The notes: generated from the sequence alone by a model not told the origin. Numbered from the stretch's first letter, positions 43,526 through 54,787 are shown. The stretch is 64,000 nt of DNA from Candidatus Nanopelagicaceae bacterium (GCA_049430265.1 JBMTBW010000002.1:112620-176619); one strand, 5' to 3'. A program made the numbers and translations.

Positions 43526-44871
43526 GCCTCAACCTGATCAATACTGATTCGTTCCTGCTTCATTGAATCACGTTCTCTAATTGTTACCGCGTTGTCATTT
43601 AAAGTATCAAAGTCAACAGTAATTGCATAAGGAGTACCGATCTCATCTTGTCTGCGATATCTCCGGCCAATTGCTCCAGCATCATCAAAGTCAACGCTCC
43701 AGTTCTTACGAAGCGCTGCAGCTAAATCTCTTGCCTTCGGTGAGAGATCTGCATTTCTAGATAGCGGAAGAACTGCAACCTTTACTGGAGCTAGTCGATA
43801 ATCAAGACGGAGAACAACTCTTTTTTCCATCTCCCCCTTGGAATTAGGCGCCTCATCTTCGCTATAGGCATCCATTAAGAAGGTAAGGGCGCAGCGATCA
43901 ACGCCTGCTGCAGGCTCAATAACATAAGGAAACCAGCGCTCATTTTTTTCTTGGTCAAAGAAAGAGAGATCTTTACCTGACTTTTCAGAGTGGGCCTTTA
44001 GATCAAAGTTGGTTCGATTGGCAATTCCTTCAAGCTCCCCCCATTGGGTTCCCGCAAATTCAAAGTTATATTCAATATCCACAGTTCTCTTTGAGTAATG
44101 GGAGAGTTTTTCTTTCGGATGTTCAAAGAGGCGAAGGCGCTGCGGATTAATTCCTAAATCAACATACCAAGCAAGTCTGGTATCAATCCACTTTTGATGC
44201 CACTCTTCATCACTTCCTGGGGCGACAAAGAACTCCATCTCCATCTGTTCAAACTCTCTAGTACGGAAGATAAAGTTTCCTGGAGTAATTTCATTTCTAA
44301 AAGATTTTCCGATCTGGCCAATACCAAATGGTGGTTTCTTTCGAGAAGTTGTTGCCACATTATCAAAGTTAATAAAAATTCCTTGAGCAGTCTCAGGTCT
44401 TAGGTATGCAAGACCAGATTCATCTTCAACTGGACCTAGATAAGTTTTTAGTAGTCCTGAGAATTGTTTTGGAACAGTGAACTTTCCCTTATTGCCACAA
44501 TGCGGACAATTAATTTCAGATAAAGATGTTGGCTTCTTTCCATGCTTTGCTTCATAAGCTTCTTCTAGATGATCAGCGCGATATCGTTTATGGCACTCGG
44601 TGCACTCAGTTAGCGGATCACTAAAGGTCTCAACATGGCCAGATGCTTCCCAAACTTCTTTAGCCAATATGACGCAGGAATCAAGACCAACAACATCCTC
44701 ACGTCCTGTCACCATTGATTTCCACCATTGGCGCTTGACGTTATTTTTTAATTCAACCCCAAGTGGGCCGTAATCCCAGGATGCGCGAAGACCGCCATAG
44801 ATTTCAGATGAGGGAAAAACAAAGCCGCGCCTTTTGGCTAGGCTAACAATTACTTCAAGACGATCTGCCAT
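43495..44871 (-). CDS. glyQS: Glycine--tRNA ligase (class II, homodimeric type)
   Basis: The GlyRS N-terminus [27 protein letters not shown] begins at ATG 44871, with GGAG 6 nt upstream. The 45 extra codons in the track are non-coding leader. Confidence 0.95.
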   Translation of the reverse strand: MADRLEVIVSLAKRRGFVFPSSEIYGGLRASWDYGPLGVELKNNVKRQWWKSMVTGREDVVGLDSCVILAKEVWEASGHVETFSDPLTECTECHKRYRADHLEEAYEAKHGKKPTSLSEINCPHCGNKGKFTVPKQFSGLLKTYLGPVEDESGLAYLRPETAQGIFINFDNVATTSRKKPPFGIGQIGKSFRNEITPGNFIFRTREFEQMEMEFFVAPGSDEEWHQKWIDTRLAWYVDLGINPQRLRLFEHPKEKLSHYSKRTVDIEYNFEFAGTQWGELEGIANRTNFDLKAHSEKSGKDLSFFDQEKNERWFPYVIEPAAGVDRCALTFLMDAYSEDEAPNSKGEMEKRVVLRLDYRLAPVKVAVLPLSRNADLSPKARDLAAALRKNWSVDFDDAGAIGRRYRRQDEIGTPYAITVDFDTLNDNAVTIRERDSMKQERISIDQVEAWLAPRLLGC

Positions 44872-44988
44872 GGTGATCTCCATCCGGCTGGCTGCAGGCG
44901 GTGCGCACCGGTCGCAGTTCACAAAGGAAGCTGGGCGCAGGAGCCAAATTTTACCCCCCGAGACACGCTTAAATCCCTTAACCCCCTT

Positions 44989-45007
44989 AATGAAAATGAT
45001 TCTCATT
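44989..45007. promoter_or_regulatory. Zur-type operator
   Basis: AATGAAAAT-G-ATTCTCATT is a 9-1-9 palindrome with one mismatch. It closely matches the actinobacterial Zur box core (TGAAAATnATTTTCA) and sits 18 bp upstream of the ZIP transporter ATG. Confidence 0.55.
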
Positions 45008-45024
45008 TGTGCTAACTTCTGCCC

Positions 45025-45837
45025 ATGAACCTACCTATCCTTCTTGCCGCTGCAACCGCTTTAGCAACAGCAGCTGGCGGACTCCTTGCACTCAAGGCTA
45101 AAGATCGTCTCCATCTAGTTCTTGGCCTTGCCGCCGGACTCCTTCTAGGTCTTGTCGCCTTTGATCTCCTGCCTGAAGTCTTTGAAATGTCTTCCGCAAC
45201 TCTTCTTGGAGCTCCTGCAGTTTCAGTAGCTCTTGTTGGTGGCTTTTTACTTTTACATCTATATGAGAAGTTCTTTGGAACTCATGAACCCGCAGAATCT
45301 GATTTCAGCGATGACCATGAGCATCGCGTAAATGTCGCGGGAGGCCTTGGAGCTTTTGCGATGGCTGGCCATGTATTTCTTGATGGCTTAGCACTTGGAG
45401 TTGCCTTTACTATCGATGAAAAACTTGGGATTGCGGTCTTTGTAGCTCTCCTTGTTCATGCCTTCAGCGATGGATTAAACACCGTCTCGCTTCTTATCAA
45501 GAGTGGTAAGTGGACACGAAAAGGCATCTGGCTAATTGGTGTTGACTCAATCGCCCGCATAAGCGGAGCTGCTGTTGGTTCGAGTTTGGCACTGAGCGAA
45601 GATTTTACTTCTCTCTATCTTGCTACTTTCTCTGGAATTCTTATCTATCTTGCAACAAGTCATATCTTGCCCGAGGCACATGCTCGTCATAATTCTCGCT
45701 GGACGCTAGTGTCAACAATTGTTGGTGTTCTCATTATGTGGGGCTTAGTCAGTCAGTTAGAAGCTGTACATGTTCACGACCACGAATCTGCCATTGAACA
45801 TGGCGATGGGCATAATCATAAAGAAGAAAATGGGTGA
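45025..45837 (+). CDS. ZIP-family divalent metal (zinc) transporter
   Basis: 270-aa polytopic ORF with a ZIP motif (HAFSDGLN) and a His-rich C-terminal tail ([17 protein letters not shown]). Confidence 0.85.
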   Translation: MNLPILLAAATALATAAGGLLALKAKDRLHLVLGLAAGLLLGLVAFDLLPEVFEMSSATLLGAPAVSVALVGGFLLLHLYEKFFGTHEPAESDFSDDHEHRVNVAGGLGAFAMAGHVFLDGLALGVAFTIDEKLGIAVFVALLVHAFSDGLNTVSLLIKSGKWTRKGIWLIGVDSIARISGAAVGSSLALSEDFTSLYLATFSGILIYLATSHILPEAHARHNSRWTLVSTIVGVLIMWGLVSQLEAVHVHDHESAIEHGDGHNHKEENG

Positions 45838-46075
45838 TATACCTGGAATTCCCACGCCAATATGCCCATATTGCTAGAGCACTTTAATATAAATAACTGC
45901 TTCTTTTAATCCTGAAAAACTATGAAATTGAGATTTATCTGCTTGATAATGCCAGTTGAGCAGATTGTGGGGCGCTATTAACTGCCCCCCACCCCTGTCG
46001 ATCTGCCTGCCTAGAGAGTTAAGAGAGCATGGCTGATATTTATCCTGCTGAACTCAAATAAATGAGTTTTAAACT

Positions 46076-46681
46076 CTAATCAAATATTGGACCAACGCTC
46101 CTGCTTCTCTTAATTTCAAAAAATCCTGGATAGCTGGCTGCAAGTAATACTCCATCCCATAACTTTCCAGCTTCTTCTCCCTTTGGGGCGGGAGAAATAA
46201 CCGGACCAAAAAATGCCGTTCCCTCAACTGCAATTATTGGAGTTCCCACATCACTTCCAACCAGAGCAATTCCTGCCTCATGGCTAGCAATAATTGCGTT
46301 ATCAAATTTAGAATCACTCTCTGCGCTTGCTAGATTTTCATCCGCGCCAACTTCTTTAAGCGCCTGAGTAAATAACTCTTGGCCTACATCCATTTTTTTC
46401 AAGTGAATTCTTGATGAGATGGCGGTATAGAGCGGAAGTGTTATCTCTTTACCGTTTTTCTCTTGCGCAGCAGCAATGACTCTTGTTGCTTGCCAGGAGC
46501 GAATTAGCCTTGCTTTATATTCGGGCGCCAAATCCTTATCCTTATTGAGGTGGGCAAGACTAAATAGATTCCAGGTGATGGAAATATCTCTAATTTTCTC
46601 AACTTCCAATAGCCAGCGCGATGTCATAAATGCCCAAGGGCAGATTGGATCAAACCAGAACTGCACATTACTTTTACTCAT
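46076..46681 (-). CDS. DsbA-like thioredoxin-fold protein
   Basis: FWFDPICPWAF is a CPWA-type active-site context at the N-terminus. I prefer ATG 46681 (MSKSNVQ...), 1 nt after the uppS stop. Confidence 0.7.
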   Translation of the reverse strand: MSKSNVQFWFDPICPWAFMTSRWLLEVEKIRDISITWNLFSLAHLNKDKDLAPEYKARLIRSWQATRVIAAAQEKNGKEITLPLYTAISSRIHLKKMDVGQELFTQALKEVGADENLASAESDSKFDNAIIASHEAGIALVGSDVGTPIIAVEGTAFFGPVISPAPKGEEAGKLWDGVLLAASYPGFFEIKRSRSVGPIFD

Positions 46682-46682
46682 A

Positions 46683-47405
46683 TTAAGCCTTTCCGAATCG
46701 ACGGTCACGTTTGGAATAAATCTCTATTGCCTGCCAGAGCGTCTGCCTAGTCACATCGGGCCAGAGCACATCCATGAAGACTAGCTCAGCATAAGCCGAC
46801 TGCCAGATTAAAAAGTTTGAAGTTCTCTGCTCACCAGAGGATCTTAAGAATAGATCTACATCACTCATCCCTGGTTCATCGAGATATTTAGCAAAGAGAC
46901 GCTCATTTATCTGATCTGCTTTGATTTTCTTTCTTGTCACATCTCTTGCTATCTCTTGAGCTGCAGATGCAATCTCAGCTCTGCCTCCATAATTAATACA
47001 CATATTTAAGGTTAAGACTTTATTCTTCTTAGTTAGCTCTTGAGCAATCTCAAGTTCATCAATTACCGACTTCCATAACCGCTTTGGGGCGCCAACCCAG
47101 CGAATCCTTACCCCCATCTCATTCATCTGATCTCGCCTGCGTCTAATGACCTCGCGATTAAAGCCCATTAAGAATTTCACTTCATCAGGAGATCTCCGCC
47201 AATTCTCAGTTGAGAAAGCAAAGGCAGATAGCTCTTTAACTCCAATTTCAATTGCGCCTTGGACCACATCAAATAAGGCAGCCTCTCCAGCTTCATGCCC
47301 CTTTGTTCTTGCAAGGCCGCGCGCTTTTGCCCATCTGCCATTGCCATCCATAACAAGTGCCACGTGGTGAGGAATTTTCTCCTTAGCAATTTTTGGCGCT
47401 TTCAT
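46683..47405 (-). CDS. uppS: Isoprenyl (undecaprenyl/decaprenyl) diphosphate synthase
   Basis: 240 aa with the cis-prenyltransferase motif ([13 protein letters not shown]). Confidence 0.9.
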   Translation of the reverse strand: MKAPKIAKEKIPHHVALVMDGNGRWAKARGLARTKGHEAGEAALFDVVQGAIEIGVKELSAFAFSTENWRRSPDEVKFLMGFNREVIRRRRDQMNEMGVRIRWVGAPKRLWKSVIDELEIAQELTKKNKVLTLNMCINYGGRAEIASAAQEIARDVTRKKIKADQINERLFAKYLDEPGMSDVDLFLRSSGEQRTSNFLIWQSAYAELVFMDVLWPDVTRQTLWQAIEIYSKRDRRFGKA

Positions 47406-48145
47406 AAGATGACTCTTTCAACCATGGGAAGAGAGCGCAAGTTTCGTTCTAGATGCCATTGCAGGTATGCGGCAATTAAGCCAGATGCTTCTCTGCGATT
47501 CTTAATTTCACTCTTCTCTGCACTTTGCCAATCTCCACTTACTAAATCTGACATCAATTGAAGAGTTTCAAGAGCTGGTGTTGCTGAAGCAGAGGGTCGA
47601 CAATCTAAACAAACTGATCCGCCGCCAACTAGGGAGAAGTATTTATGTGGCCCTGGCGCTTCACACCTTGAGCAAATTGTCATCGATGGGGCATAACCAG
47701 CAATTGACAGTGATCGAAGTAGATAGGCATCAAGAATTAGTGATGGATCATGGCTCTGATGCGCAAGTGATTTAAGTGCGCCAGTTAGAAGTAGGAATTG
47801 TTGGAGCGCTGGCTCTCCCTCATTATTGGTAAAGCGCTCAGCAGTTTCTAGAATCGCAGAGGCAATAGTCCACCTCTGATAATCACCAGAGATCGCATCA
47901 CCATAATTTTCAATAGCTTCAACTTGAGTAACAACATCAAAAGTCTTGCCGGTGTATAACTGAATATCGACATAACTAGCTGGCTCAAGCCTTGCGCCAA
48001 ACTTTGATTTAGTCCTTCTAACTCCCTTTGCAACGGCTCTTATACGACCGCGCTGCCTTGAAAAGAGCGTGACAATGCGATCTGCCTCCCCAAGCTTCTG
48101 GGTTCTGATAACAACTGCCTCATCACGATAGAGCGCCACAGGCAC
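47402..48145 (-). CDS. recO: DNA repair protein RecO
   Basis: 247 aa with an OB-fold N-terminus ([31 protein letters not shown]) and a Cys4 zinc motif (CSRCEA...CLDC). It is in the conserved recO-uppS pair. Confidence 0.85.
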   Translation of the reverse strand: MPVALYRDEAVVIRTQKLGEADRIVTLFSRQRGRIRAVAKGVRRTKSKFGARLEPASYVDIQLYTGKTFDVVTQVEAIENYGDAISGDYQRWTIASAILETAERFTNNEGEPALQQFLLLTGALKSLAHQSHDPSLILDAYLLRSLSIAGYAPSMTICSRCEAPGPHKYFSLVGGGSVCLDCRPSASATPALETLQLMSDLVSGDWQSAEKSEIKNRREASGLIAAYLQWHLERNLRSLPMVERVIL

Positions 48146-48161
48146 AACTTAGAGCAGATGG

Positions 48162-49895
<1,734 letters not shown>

Positions 49896-49918
49896 TTATT
49901 GGGTTTCATTGCTACCGA

Positions 49919-49970
49919 TAACCGGTGCGTTAAAACCCCGAAGCGAGGAGACCGGTTATTTGGCCTCGCC
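49919..49970 (-). promoter_or_regulatory. Putative leuA attenuator (alternative hairpins)
   Basis: RNA segments: GCGAGG (last codons of the leader ORF), CCUCGC, then CCUCG-CUU-CGGGG followed by UUUU. In addition a 9-bp outer stem, AUAACCGGU/ACCGGUUAU, includes the leader stop codon. Confidence 0.45.
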
Positions 49971-50030
49971 ACGGCAGCGAAGAAGGAGTGTGCTCAGAAG
50001 AGCTAGAAGTAATAATTCGCTGCGTAACAT
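49956..50030 (-). CDS. Leucine-rich leader peptide upstream of leuA
   Basis: MLRSELLLLALLSTLLLRCRGEAK has 9 Leu in 24 codons. It lies 78 nt upstream of leuA and its ATG is positioned as for a leaderless transcript. Confidence 0.55.
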   Translation of the reverse strand: MLRSELLLLALLSTLLLRCRGEAK

Positions 50031-50037
50031 GGGCCTA

Positions 50038-50067
50038 AGGTTAGCCAAGGCCTTATAACACTGGCAA
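50038..50067 (-). promoter_or_regulatory. Putative promoter of the leu leader/leuA transcript
   Basis: On the minus strand: TTGCCA, 18 nt, TAACCT, 7 nt, then the leader ATG. It overlaps the glnA stop codon. Confidence 0.4.
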
Positions 50068-51369
50068 ATAGCGATCAAGTTCAAAGGCTGTAACCTGCTT
50101 GGAGTACTCCAGCCATTCGGCTCTCTTATTGCGAAGGAAATAATCAAAGAGATGCTCACCTAGGCACTGCCTAACCAATTCACTCTCCTGCATCGCCAAG
50201 ATCGCCTCATTAAGATCGGCAGGAAGGCTTGCTGGACTCTCATCAATTCCTAATTCATAGCCGCTCTCAACACCCTTAAGTCCTGCCGCAATAGTGACGG
50301 CAAAAGCTAGATACGGATTACAGGCAGAATCTGGGGCTCTAAATTCAATTCTGGTTGAGTTTTCTTTATTTGGTTTATAGCGCGGAATTCTTATCATCGC
50401 ATCACGATTTTGCGCGCCCCAACTTATCTTTGCTGGCGCCTCTCCCCCGCCATGGAGGCGTTTATAAGAATTAACCCATTGATTAGTAACTGCAATAAAT
50501 TCTGGCGCATGTTTGAGAATTCCAGCAATAAATGATTTGCCAACATTTGATAGCTCACCACTTGCTGATCCATCTTTATAGAAGGCATTTTTCTCACCCT
50601 CAAAGAGTGAGAAGTGAGTATGCATTCCTGAACCAGGGTGCTCGGTAAAAGGCTTTGGCATAAAGGATGCATGACATCCTTGATCCAGTGCTACCTCTTT
50701 AATGATATGGCGAAATGTCATTATGTTATCGGCGGTACTTAGCGCATCTGCATATCGCAGATCTATCTCCTGCTGCCCTGGAGCTACTTCATGATGGCTA
50801 AATTCAACAGAGACTCCCATCGCCTCTAGCAGAGTAATTGCCTGCCTGCGAAAATCTTGTCCGATAGCAATTGGAGTTTGATCAAAATATCCCCCAGAAT
50901 CAACCGGAGTTGGTTTTACTCCAAAAGTTGGAGCATCTTTAAATAGGAAGAATTCAATCTCTGGATGGGTGTAGCAGGTATAACCCATCTTGGCAGCTTT
51001 TTCTAAAACTCTCTTCAATACATTTCTTGAATCAGCTGGCGATGGCGCCGAGTCAGGCAGTGCGATGTCGCAGAAAATTCTTGCTGCCCCTGGTTTTTCA
51101 GTTCGCCACGGAAGAATTGAAAATGTTGCAGGATCTGGTTTTAGCAACATATCTGATTCACTGCCGCGGGCAAAGCCTTCAATGGCAGAGCCATCAAAGC
51201 CAATTCCCTCAGCAAAGGCATTTTCAAGCTCTGGCGGGGCAATCGCGACAGATTTTAGAAATCCCAGTACATCGGTAAACCAGAGACGAACAAAGCGAAT
51301 ATCGCGCTCTTCTAGGGTGCGCAGAACGAATTCCTTCTGCTTTGCTATCTCAATATCTGCTTTAGCCAT
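50053..51369 (-). CDS. glnA: Glutamine synthetase, type I
   Basis: 438 aa with GS signatures (FSHHEVAPGQQEIDL; KPFTEHPGSGMHTHFSL). Confidence 0.9.
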   Translation of the reverse strand: MAKADIEIAKQKEFVLRTLEERDIRFVRLWFTDVLGFLKSVAIAPPELENAFAEGIGFDGSAIEGFARGSESDMLLKPDPATFSILPWRTEKPGAARIFCDIALPDSAPSPADSRNVLKRVLEKAAKMGYTCYTHPEIEFFLFKDAPTFGVKPTPVDSGGYFDQTPIAIGQDFRRQAITLLEAMGVSVEFSHHEVAPGQQEIDLRYADALSTADNIMTFRHIIKEVALDQGCHASFMPKPFTEHPGSGMHTHFSLFEGEKNAFYKDGSASGELSNVGKSFIAGILKHAPEFIAVTNQWVNSYKRLHGGGEAPAKISWGAQNRDAMIRIPRYKPNKENSTRIEFRAPDSACNPYLAFAVTIAAGLKGVESGYELGIDESPASLPADLNEAILAMQESELVRQCLGEHLFDYFLRNKRAEWLEYSKQVTAFELDRYLPVL

Positions 51370-51426
51370 GGGGGCATAATGCCCGCCTTTAGTTACGGCT
51401 ATGTTAACTAGGCTTAAAAATGAGCC

Positions 51427-51933
51427 TTAGATAGCAAATTGTTCTGAGGCATCGATATCACTCTGCGGTGAAACATCTTTAACCACCACAGAGTTAGCGC
51501 TGATGCGAACCCCATCGCCAATTTTTATATCGCCCAGGACCCTTGCTCCCGCCCCTATTACAACTCTGTTGCCAATAGTTGGATGGCGTTTGCCGTTTTC
51601 AAAAGTTCTAGCGCCAAGTGTGACATCGTGATAAATCATCACATCATCGCCAATTACCGTTGTCTCGCCAATTACTACCCCCATACCGTGATCGATAAAG
51701 AAGCGCTTACCAATCTTGGCAGCAGGATGAATCTCTATTCCAGTAATGGTTCTAATCCAATTGGCGTAGATTCGGGAGGCTAACTTTAATTTTCTATTCC
51801 AGAGCCAATGGCAGATGCGATAACCCCAGAGCGCATGAACCCCAGGATAGGTAAGAAATACTTCTAACTTATTTCTGGCAGCCGGATCTTTTAATAGTGC
51901 TGTCTCTAGATCTTGGCTAATTAATTTAAACAT
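51427..51933 (-). CDS. cysE: Serine O-acetyltransferase
   Basis: 168 aa with left-handed beta-helix hexapeptide repeats ([27 protein letters not shown]). It lies directly after cysK. Confidence 0.9.
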   Translation of the reverse strand: MFKLISQDLETALLKDPAARNKLEVFLTYPGVHALWGYRICHWLWNRKLKLASRIYANWIRTITGIEIHPAAKIGKRFFIDHGMGVVIGETTVIGDDVMIYHDVTLGARTFENGKRHPTIGNRVVIGAGARVLGDIKIGDGVRISANSVVVKDVSPQSDIDASEQFAI

Positions 51934-51937
51934 CTTT

Positions 51938-52867
51938 TTATGAATCCATTAAGTCTTGATAGAGGATAGTTGAAAGATAACGCTCGCCAAATGAAGGAAT
52001 GATCACAACAATATTTTTACCAGCAAACTCTTTTCGCCTTGCAACTTGCGCAGCTGCCCAGAGCGCACCACCTGATGAAATTCCAGCAAGGATTCCCTCC
52101 TCAGCTGCTGCTCGCCTTGCATACTTGACGGCATCTTCAGCGCTTACATCTAGCACTTCGTCGTAAACGCTTCGATCAAGAATTGGTGGAATGAAATTTG
52201 GACCTATTCCTTGAATTGGATGTCCGCCAGGCTTTCCGCCATTGAGAATAGGAGAAGCAGCAGGCTCAACAGCAAAAATCTTTACTTCAGGCTTTCTTGA
52301 CTTCAATACCTGACCAATTCCAGTGATAGTTCCGCCAGTGCCAATTCCAGCAACTACTGCATCAACTAGGCCATCGGTATCGCGCCAGATCTCCTGCGCA
52401 GTTGTTCTTCTATGAACTTCTGGGTTTGCTTCATTTTCAAATTGGCGGACCATTACTGCGCCATTTGCTCCTAGCTCCTCAGCTTTGGCAACCGCGCCTT
52501 TCATTCCCTCGGCCGCTGGAGTAAGGACTAGCTCTGCGCCAAATGCTCTAAGAAGTGTGCGTCGCTCCTTTGACATTGAATCTGGCATGGTGAGAATTGT
52601 TTTATAGCCGCGAGCCGCCCCAACCATTGCAAGTGCGATTCCGGTATTTCCAGAGGTTGCCTCAACGATTGTTCCGCCAGGCTTTAGAGCTCCGCTTTTC
52701 TCTGCGGCATCAACCATAGCGATGCCAATTCGATCTTTAACCGTGCTGGTTGGGTTGTAAAACTCCAACTTGGCATAGACAGTTGCCTCGGCCCCATCTG
52801 TAATTCGATTTAGCCTAACTAGCGGGGTATTGCCATAGACCTGGGTGATATTTTCATAAACCTTCAT
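51938..52867 (-). CDS. cysK: Cysteine synthase A (O-acetylserine sulfhydrylase)
   Basis: 309 aa with the PLP lysine motif (STVKDRIG) and the TSGNTGIAL loop. TAGGAG precedes the ATG. Confidence 0.95.
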   Translation of the reverse strand: MKVYENITQVYGNTPLVRLNRITDGAEATVYAKLEFYNPTSTVKDRIGIAMVDAAEKSGALKPGGTIVEATSGNTGIALAMVGAARGYKTILTMPDSMSKERRTLLRAFGAELVLTPAAEGMKGAVAKAEELGANGAVMVRQFENEANPEVHRRTTAQEIWRDTDGLVDAVVAGIGTGGTITGIGQVLKSRKPEVKIFAVEPAASPILNGGKPGGHPIQGIGPNFIPPILDRSVYDEVLDVSAEDAVKYARRAAAEEGILAGISSGGALWAAAQVARRKEFAGKNIVVIIPSFGERYLSTILYQDLMDS

Positions 52868-52958
52868 AATCTTCTCCTAAGTAAATTTATTTAAATTGGA
52901 ATTAAATGAAAGCGCCTTAAGCGCAAGAAATGCTTATTGAATTTCGAGAATTCTTAAA

Positions 52959-53042
52959 TTACAAACAGCAGATTGCTGATGCGGTGCGGCCAAAATCGAT
53001 AACGCGGCGGCGGGTAAAAAACCATGAGCGAATCGAAGCCAT
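52959..53042 (-). CDS. Candidate 27-codon upstream ORF ending in Cys-Cys-Leu
   Basis: MASIRSWFFTRRRVIDFGRTASAICCL. It has no SD, but TAAACT lies 7 nt upstream of the ATG (leaderless geometry). It is located in the 234-bp cysK leader. Confidence 0.3.
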   Translation of the reverse strand: MASIRSWFFTRRRVIDFGRTASAICCL

Positions 53043-53076
53043 AGCCAGAAGTTTAGGCTAAATAATAAATAGCGCT

Positions 53077-53097
53077 ACTTGCAAATACTTTGCAAGT
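53077..53097 (-). terminator. Probable terminator hairpin after nadE
   Basis: ACTTGCAAA-GTA-TTTGCAAGT (9-bp stem) lies 4 nt after the nadE stop. The downstream tract is moderately U-rich (AGCGCUAUUUAUUAUUU). Confidence 0.4.
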
Positions 53098-53101
53098 TTT
53101 T

Positions 53102-54787
53102 CTAACTCTCTTTCCACCTTGAGGTCATTGGCAAACGTCTATCTTTACCGAATGCAATTGGTGAGACTTTAGGCCCAGGTGGATATTGCCGCCTCTTATA
53201 TTCAGCTTTATCAACCATTGCTACCACCCGATCAACGATGGCTTTATCAAAGCCTGATGCAATGATCTTTGTGGCATCAATGTTTTTCTCAATATAAAGC
53301 TTCAATACTTGATCAAGGAGCTCATAATCTGGCAGAGAGTCGCTATCTTTTTGGCCTGGAGATAACTCCGCACTTGGCGCCTTCTCAATTGAGTTAACTG
53401 GAATCATCACCTTGCCCCCGGCCTGGCTATTGCGCCATCTAGCAAGGCGCCAAATATCTACTTTGAAGATATCTTTTATCGGAGCAAAGCCTCCCACCGC
53501 ATCGCCATATAACGTTGAATATCCAACAGCTAGCTCTGACTTATTGCCTGTTGCAAGAATTAAATGACCTCGCTGATTTGAAAGGCCCATCAGTAGCGAG
53601 CCTCTAACCCGGGCTTGGATATTCTCTTCAGCAAGGCCTGAGAGCTCAACCGCACTTTGAAAGCTACTTACAATTGCGCCGATCTCAATGATCTCATAGC
53701 CAATACCAAGATTTTCAGCCAACTCTTTAGCATCTGATATCGAGTGCGTTGATGAATACTTACTTGGCATAAGTAGGCCATAGACGCTCTCTTTGCCAAG
53801 GGCATCAACTGCCAATGTTGCGGTGAGTGCTGAATCAATTCCGCCTGAGAGGCCAAGGGCGACAGATTTAAAACCATTCTTAGATACATAATCTTTTAGT
53901 CCAACTACTAGCGCCTTCCAGATTTCTTCCTCATCAGAAAGCGATGGAGAAATCAGAGTTCTTGCTGCCCCTTTATCTTTATTGATTGCTCCGCTCAAAA
54001 CCAGATCAGGGGAACCACTTTCTAGCTCGCATTCAATATCAACAATATTTAGCGAGCTTTCAAATTGTTCAGATTTTGCAATTACTTCTCCCGCGCTATC
54101 CAGAGCAAATGAACCGCCATCAAAAACTAGATCATCCTGAGCCCCAACCATATTGAGATAGACCAGCGGGCAGCCCAATTGCTTAACTCTCTTTCTTGCA
54201 AGATCTAGCCTTACTCCATCTTTATCACGCTCAAAAGGGCTGCCATTGGCAACTAGCAAAATTCCAGGATTTGCCTTACTTAAATTGGCAACTGGGCCGC
54301 CTTCTTGCCAGATATCTTCACAGATTGCTAGCGCGATATCGATAGAGCCAAAGCGAATTACTAGGCTCTTATCTCCCTGACCAAAATTTCTAAACTCATC
54401 AAAGACGCCGTAATTTGGTAGGTGGTGTTTGACATATTTACCAACAACTTTTCCTCGATGGATTGCAGCTAGAGCATTTTCAGGCTTTTCATTATGGTCT
54501 AGATATCCAATAATGGTTAAGAGCTCTCCGCCCCCAATTTTTTCTATCTGCTCTGCTAGTTCATTAACTCGCCTTCTCGAAGCGCTTTGAAATGCAGGCC
54601 TTAGGGCAAGGTCCTCAACTGGATAGCCAGTTAAAACCATCTCAGAGAAGAGAACCACATCAGCCCCGCTTACTAGCGCCTCTTTAACTGCGCCAAGAAT
54701 TAATTGACTGTTGCCCTCTAAATCACCCAGGACAGGATTGATCTGGGCCATCGCAATTCTTAGCGGAGCGCTCTTGGCTGTAGGCAT
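53102..54787 (-). CDS. nadE: Glutamine-dependent NAD+ synthetase
   Basis: 561 aa with an N-terminal nitrilase-type glutaminase domain (ALAICEDIW) and a C-terminal PP-loop synthetase domain (LGLSGGIDSAL). Confidence 0.9.
   Translation of the reverse strand: MPTAKSAPLRIAMAQINPVLGDLEGNSQLILGAVKEALVSGADVVLFSEMVLTGYPVEDLALRPAFQSASRRRVNELAEQIEKIGGGELLTIIGYLDHNEKPENALAAIHRGKVVGKYVKHHLPNYGVFDEFRNFGQGDKSLVIRFGSIDIALAICEDIWQEGGPVANLSKANPGILLVANGSPFERDKDGVRLDLARKRVKQLGCPLVYLNMVGAQDDLVFDGGSFALDSAGEVIAKSEQFESSLNIVDIECELESGSPDLVLSGAINKDKGAARTLISPSLSDEEEIWKALVVGLKDYVSKNGFKSVALGLSGGIDSALTATLAVDALGKESVYGLLMPSKYSSTHSISDAKELAENLGIGYEIIEIGAIVSSFQSAVELSGLAEENIQARVRGSLLMGLSNQRGHLILATGNKSELAVGYSTLYGDAVGGFAPIKDIFKVDIWRLARWRNSQAGGKVMIPVNSIEKAPSAELSPGQKDSDSLPDYELLDQVLKLYIEKNIDATKIIASGFDKAIVDRVVAMVDKAEYKRRQYPPGPKVSPIAFGKDRRLPMTSRWKES

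Noticed and set aside
44872-45024. T-box riboswitch upstream of glyQS
   Set aside because: The leader is only about 150 nt long. The GGUGCGCACCGC segment does not match the highly conserved T-box sequence (AGGGUGGNACCGCG). I could not build a Stem I or specifier loop with a GGC codon. It is kept only as an unexplained hairpin.
45862-46058. Tiny ORFs in the ZIP/DsbA spacer (15, 19 and 10 codons, for example MADIYPAELK)
   Set aside because: They are too short, lack SD or leaderless promoter geometry, and have no distinctive composition. The region is reported only as an unexplained non-coding spacer.
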